Shown here piece after piece: positions 63,145 to 64,000 of a stretch of 64,000 nt of DNA (positions within the stretch are counted from its first letter, which is position 1; every line of letters begins with the position of its first letter). Made by a program: the position numbers and the translations under genes. Source of the stretch: a virus; the IMG/VR virus record IMGVR_UViG_3300045941_000233, positions 32,001-96,000 of that record; one strand, given 5' to 3'. The notes below the pieces were generated by a model. It did not search any database. It was not told the origin of the DNA and saw only the letters and a program-made list of their open reading frames with translations.

Positions 63145-64000
63145 ATGGACTCCGCCCCAACTGTCTCCCAGCGCATCGATCTACTACGCGCCGCGAACCT
63201 GCTTCCCGCCGGCGGGCCGCTTCCGACGCCGCGATTTACGCCAACTGACCGATGGACTGGCCGAGTTTTCTGCGGCATTGCAAGCTTTGAGCGGCATACC
63301 AGCGACGAAGGCTGGCAGCTTCAGATTGGACTACAGCACGCCGGATATTTGCTGGCCGGAAAGAATCTTCCATTCGACGAAACCGATATCGACGAAATAA
63401 CGCTTTACGCCAAAGCCGGCACGCTGATCCTTCAGGACAAGCGCGAATGGGATCCGTCAAACGACGCTTGCATCGACAAAAGTGAGGCTTTCGAGTGCTA
63501 CGAATACATGAAGGACGATTACGACGATGTTTTCAAGCTGACGATCTGTAAAGACGCGCACGCCCGGCCGGACTATCACCGCCAGGCCAGCGACGAAATC
63601 GGCTGCCACGCCTGGATTTGCTACTACCACCCCGACATTGTTTGTGCGCTGGCGCCGTGGATCCGGCGGGAGCACGTCATCCGGACTTGGCATTCGGTCG
63701 ATTCGGCCGCCGTGCCGCCGTACAACGCCGACGATCATGTCGCCGGCTGCCTGATTTCCGGGGCCGTGACTCGCGAACTGTATCCGTTCCGGACTCGAAT
63801 CCGAGACGCCCATAAGGCCGGCCGTCTCAAAAGCACGGCCATCATGCACCACCCGGGCTATCACGCCCGCGGGAGCCATACGCCGCTATTCCTGAAGATG
63901 CTCAGCCGGCACAAGGTTGCCATCTGCACGGCCAGCATTTTCGGCTATGCCCTTCGCAAGATTATCGAGGCGACGGCTTGCGGGTGCCGCGTCATCACCG
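63145..64000 (+). CDS. partial GT-B (CgeB/GT4-like) glycosyltransferase (not in ORF track; runs off the window)
   Basis: Open frame MDSAPTVSQR...LYPFR...GYALRKIIEATACGCRVIT. Confidence 0.7.
   Translation, partial: MDSAPTVSQRIDLLRAANLLPAGGPLPTPRFTPTDRWTGRVFCGIASFERHTSDEGWQLQIGLQHAGYLLAGKNLPFDETDIDEITLYAKAGTLILQDKREWDPSNDACIDKSEAFECYEYMKDDYDDVFKLTICKDAHARPDYHRQASDEIGCHAWICYYHPDIVCALAPWIRREHVIRTWHSVDSAAVPPYNADDHVAGCLISGAVTRELYPFRTRIRDAHKAGRLKSTAIMHHPGYHARGSHTPLFLKMLSRHKVAICTASIFGYALRKIIEATACGCRVIT

Noticed and set aside
1-64000. tRNA or rRNA genes
   Set aside because: No cloverleaf or rRNA-like segment was recognised by eye; tRNAscan or Infernal would be needed to exclude them.

Overview
This 64-kb GC-rich window is part of a tailed (siphovirus-like) bacteriophage or prophage genome, almost all on the + strand. 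The host is most plausibly a Planctomycete; this is inferred from the CsrA, RimI-like and signal-peptide/CxxCH proteins. Gene order: early or accessory genes (beta-clamp-like, ASCH, Arg-rich peptide + PAPS-reductase-like + ParB-like, csrA), HGGxSTG-like small-terminase candidate, a minus-strand island, gmd, large terminase, accessory genes, portal, prohead protease, major capsid, exported and cytochrome-c-like proteins, virion proteins including two giant poly-serine proteins, neck, tail tube, frameshifted chaperones, tape measure, tail tip, and a >14-kb sugar-modification cluster. Two systems stand out. (1) An operon at 11292-13230 with its own promoter contains eight ~60-nt hairpin units. 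Each unit has a unique covarying stem, a 10-nt variable segment, a conserved TGAAAYCG loop motif and a second 10-nt variable segment. The units flank an unknown gene and precede a nuclease-less IS110/Nop-domain protein. This looks like a stem-loop TIGR-Tas-type dual-spacer RNA-guided system. (2) A likely phage-encoded virion glycosylation system: serine-tract and serine-tagged structural proteins, many glycosyltransferases including a GT-D/DUF1792-like enzyme, and nucleotide-sugar enzymes. All family calls come from reading motifs by eye; no database searches were run.
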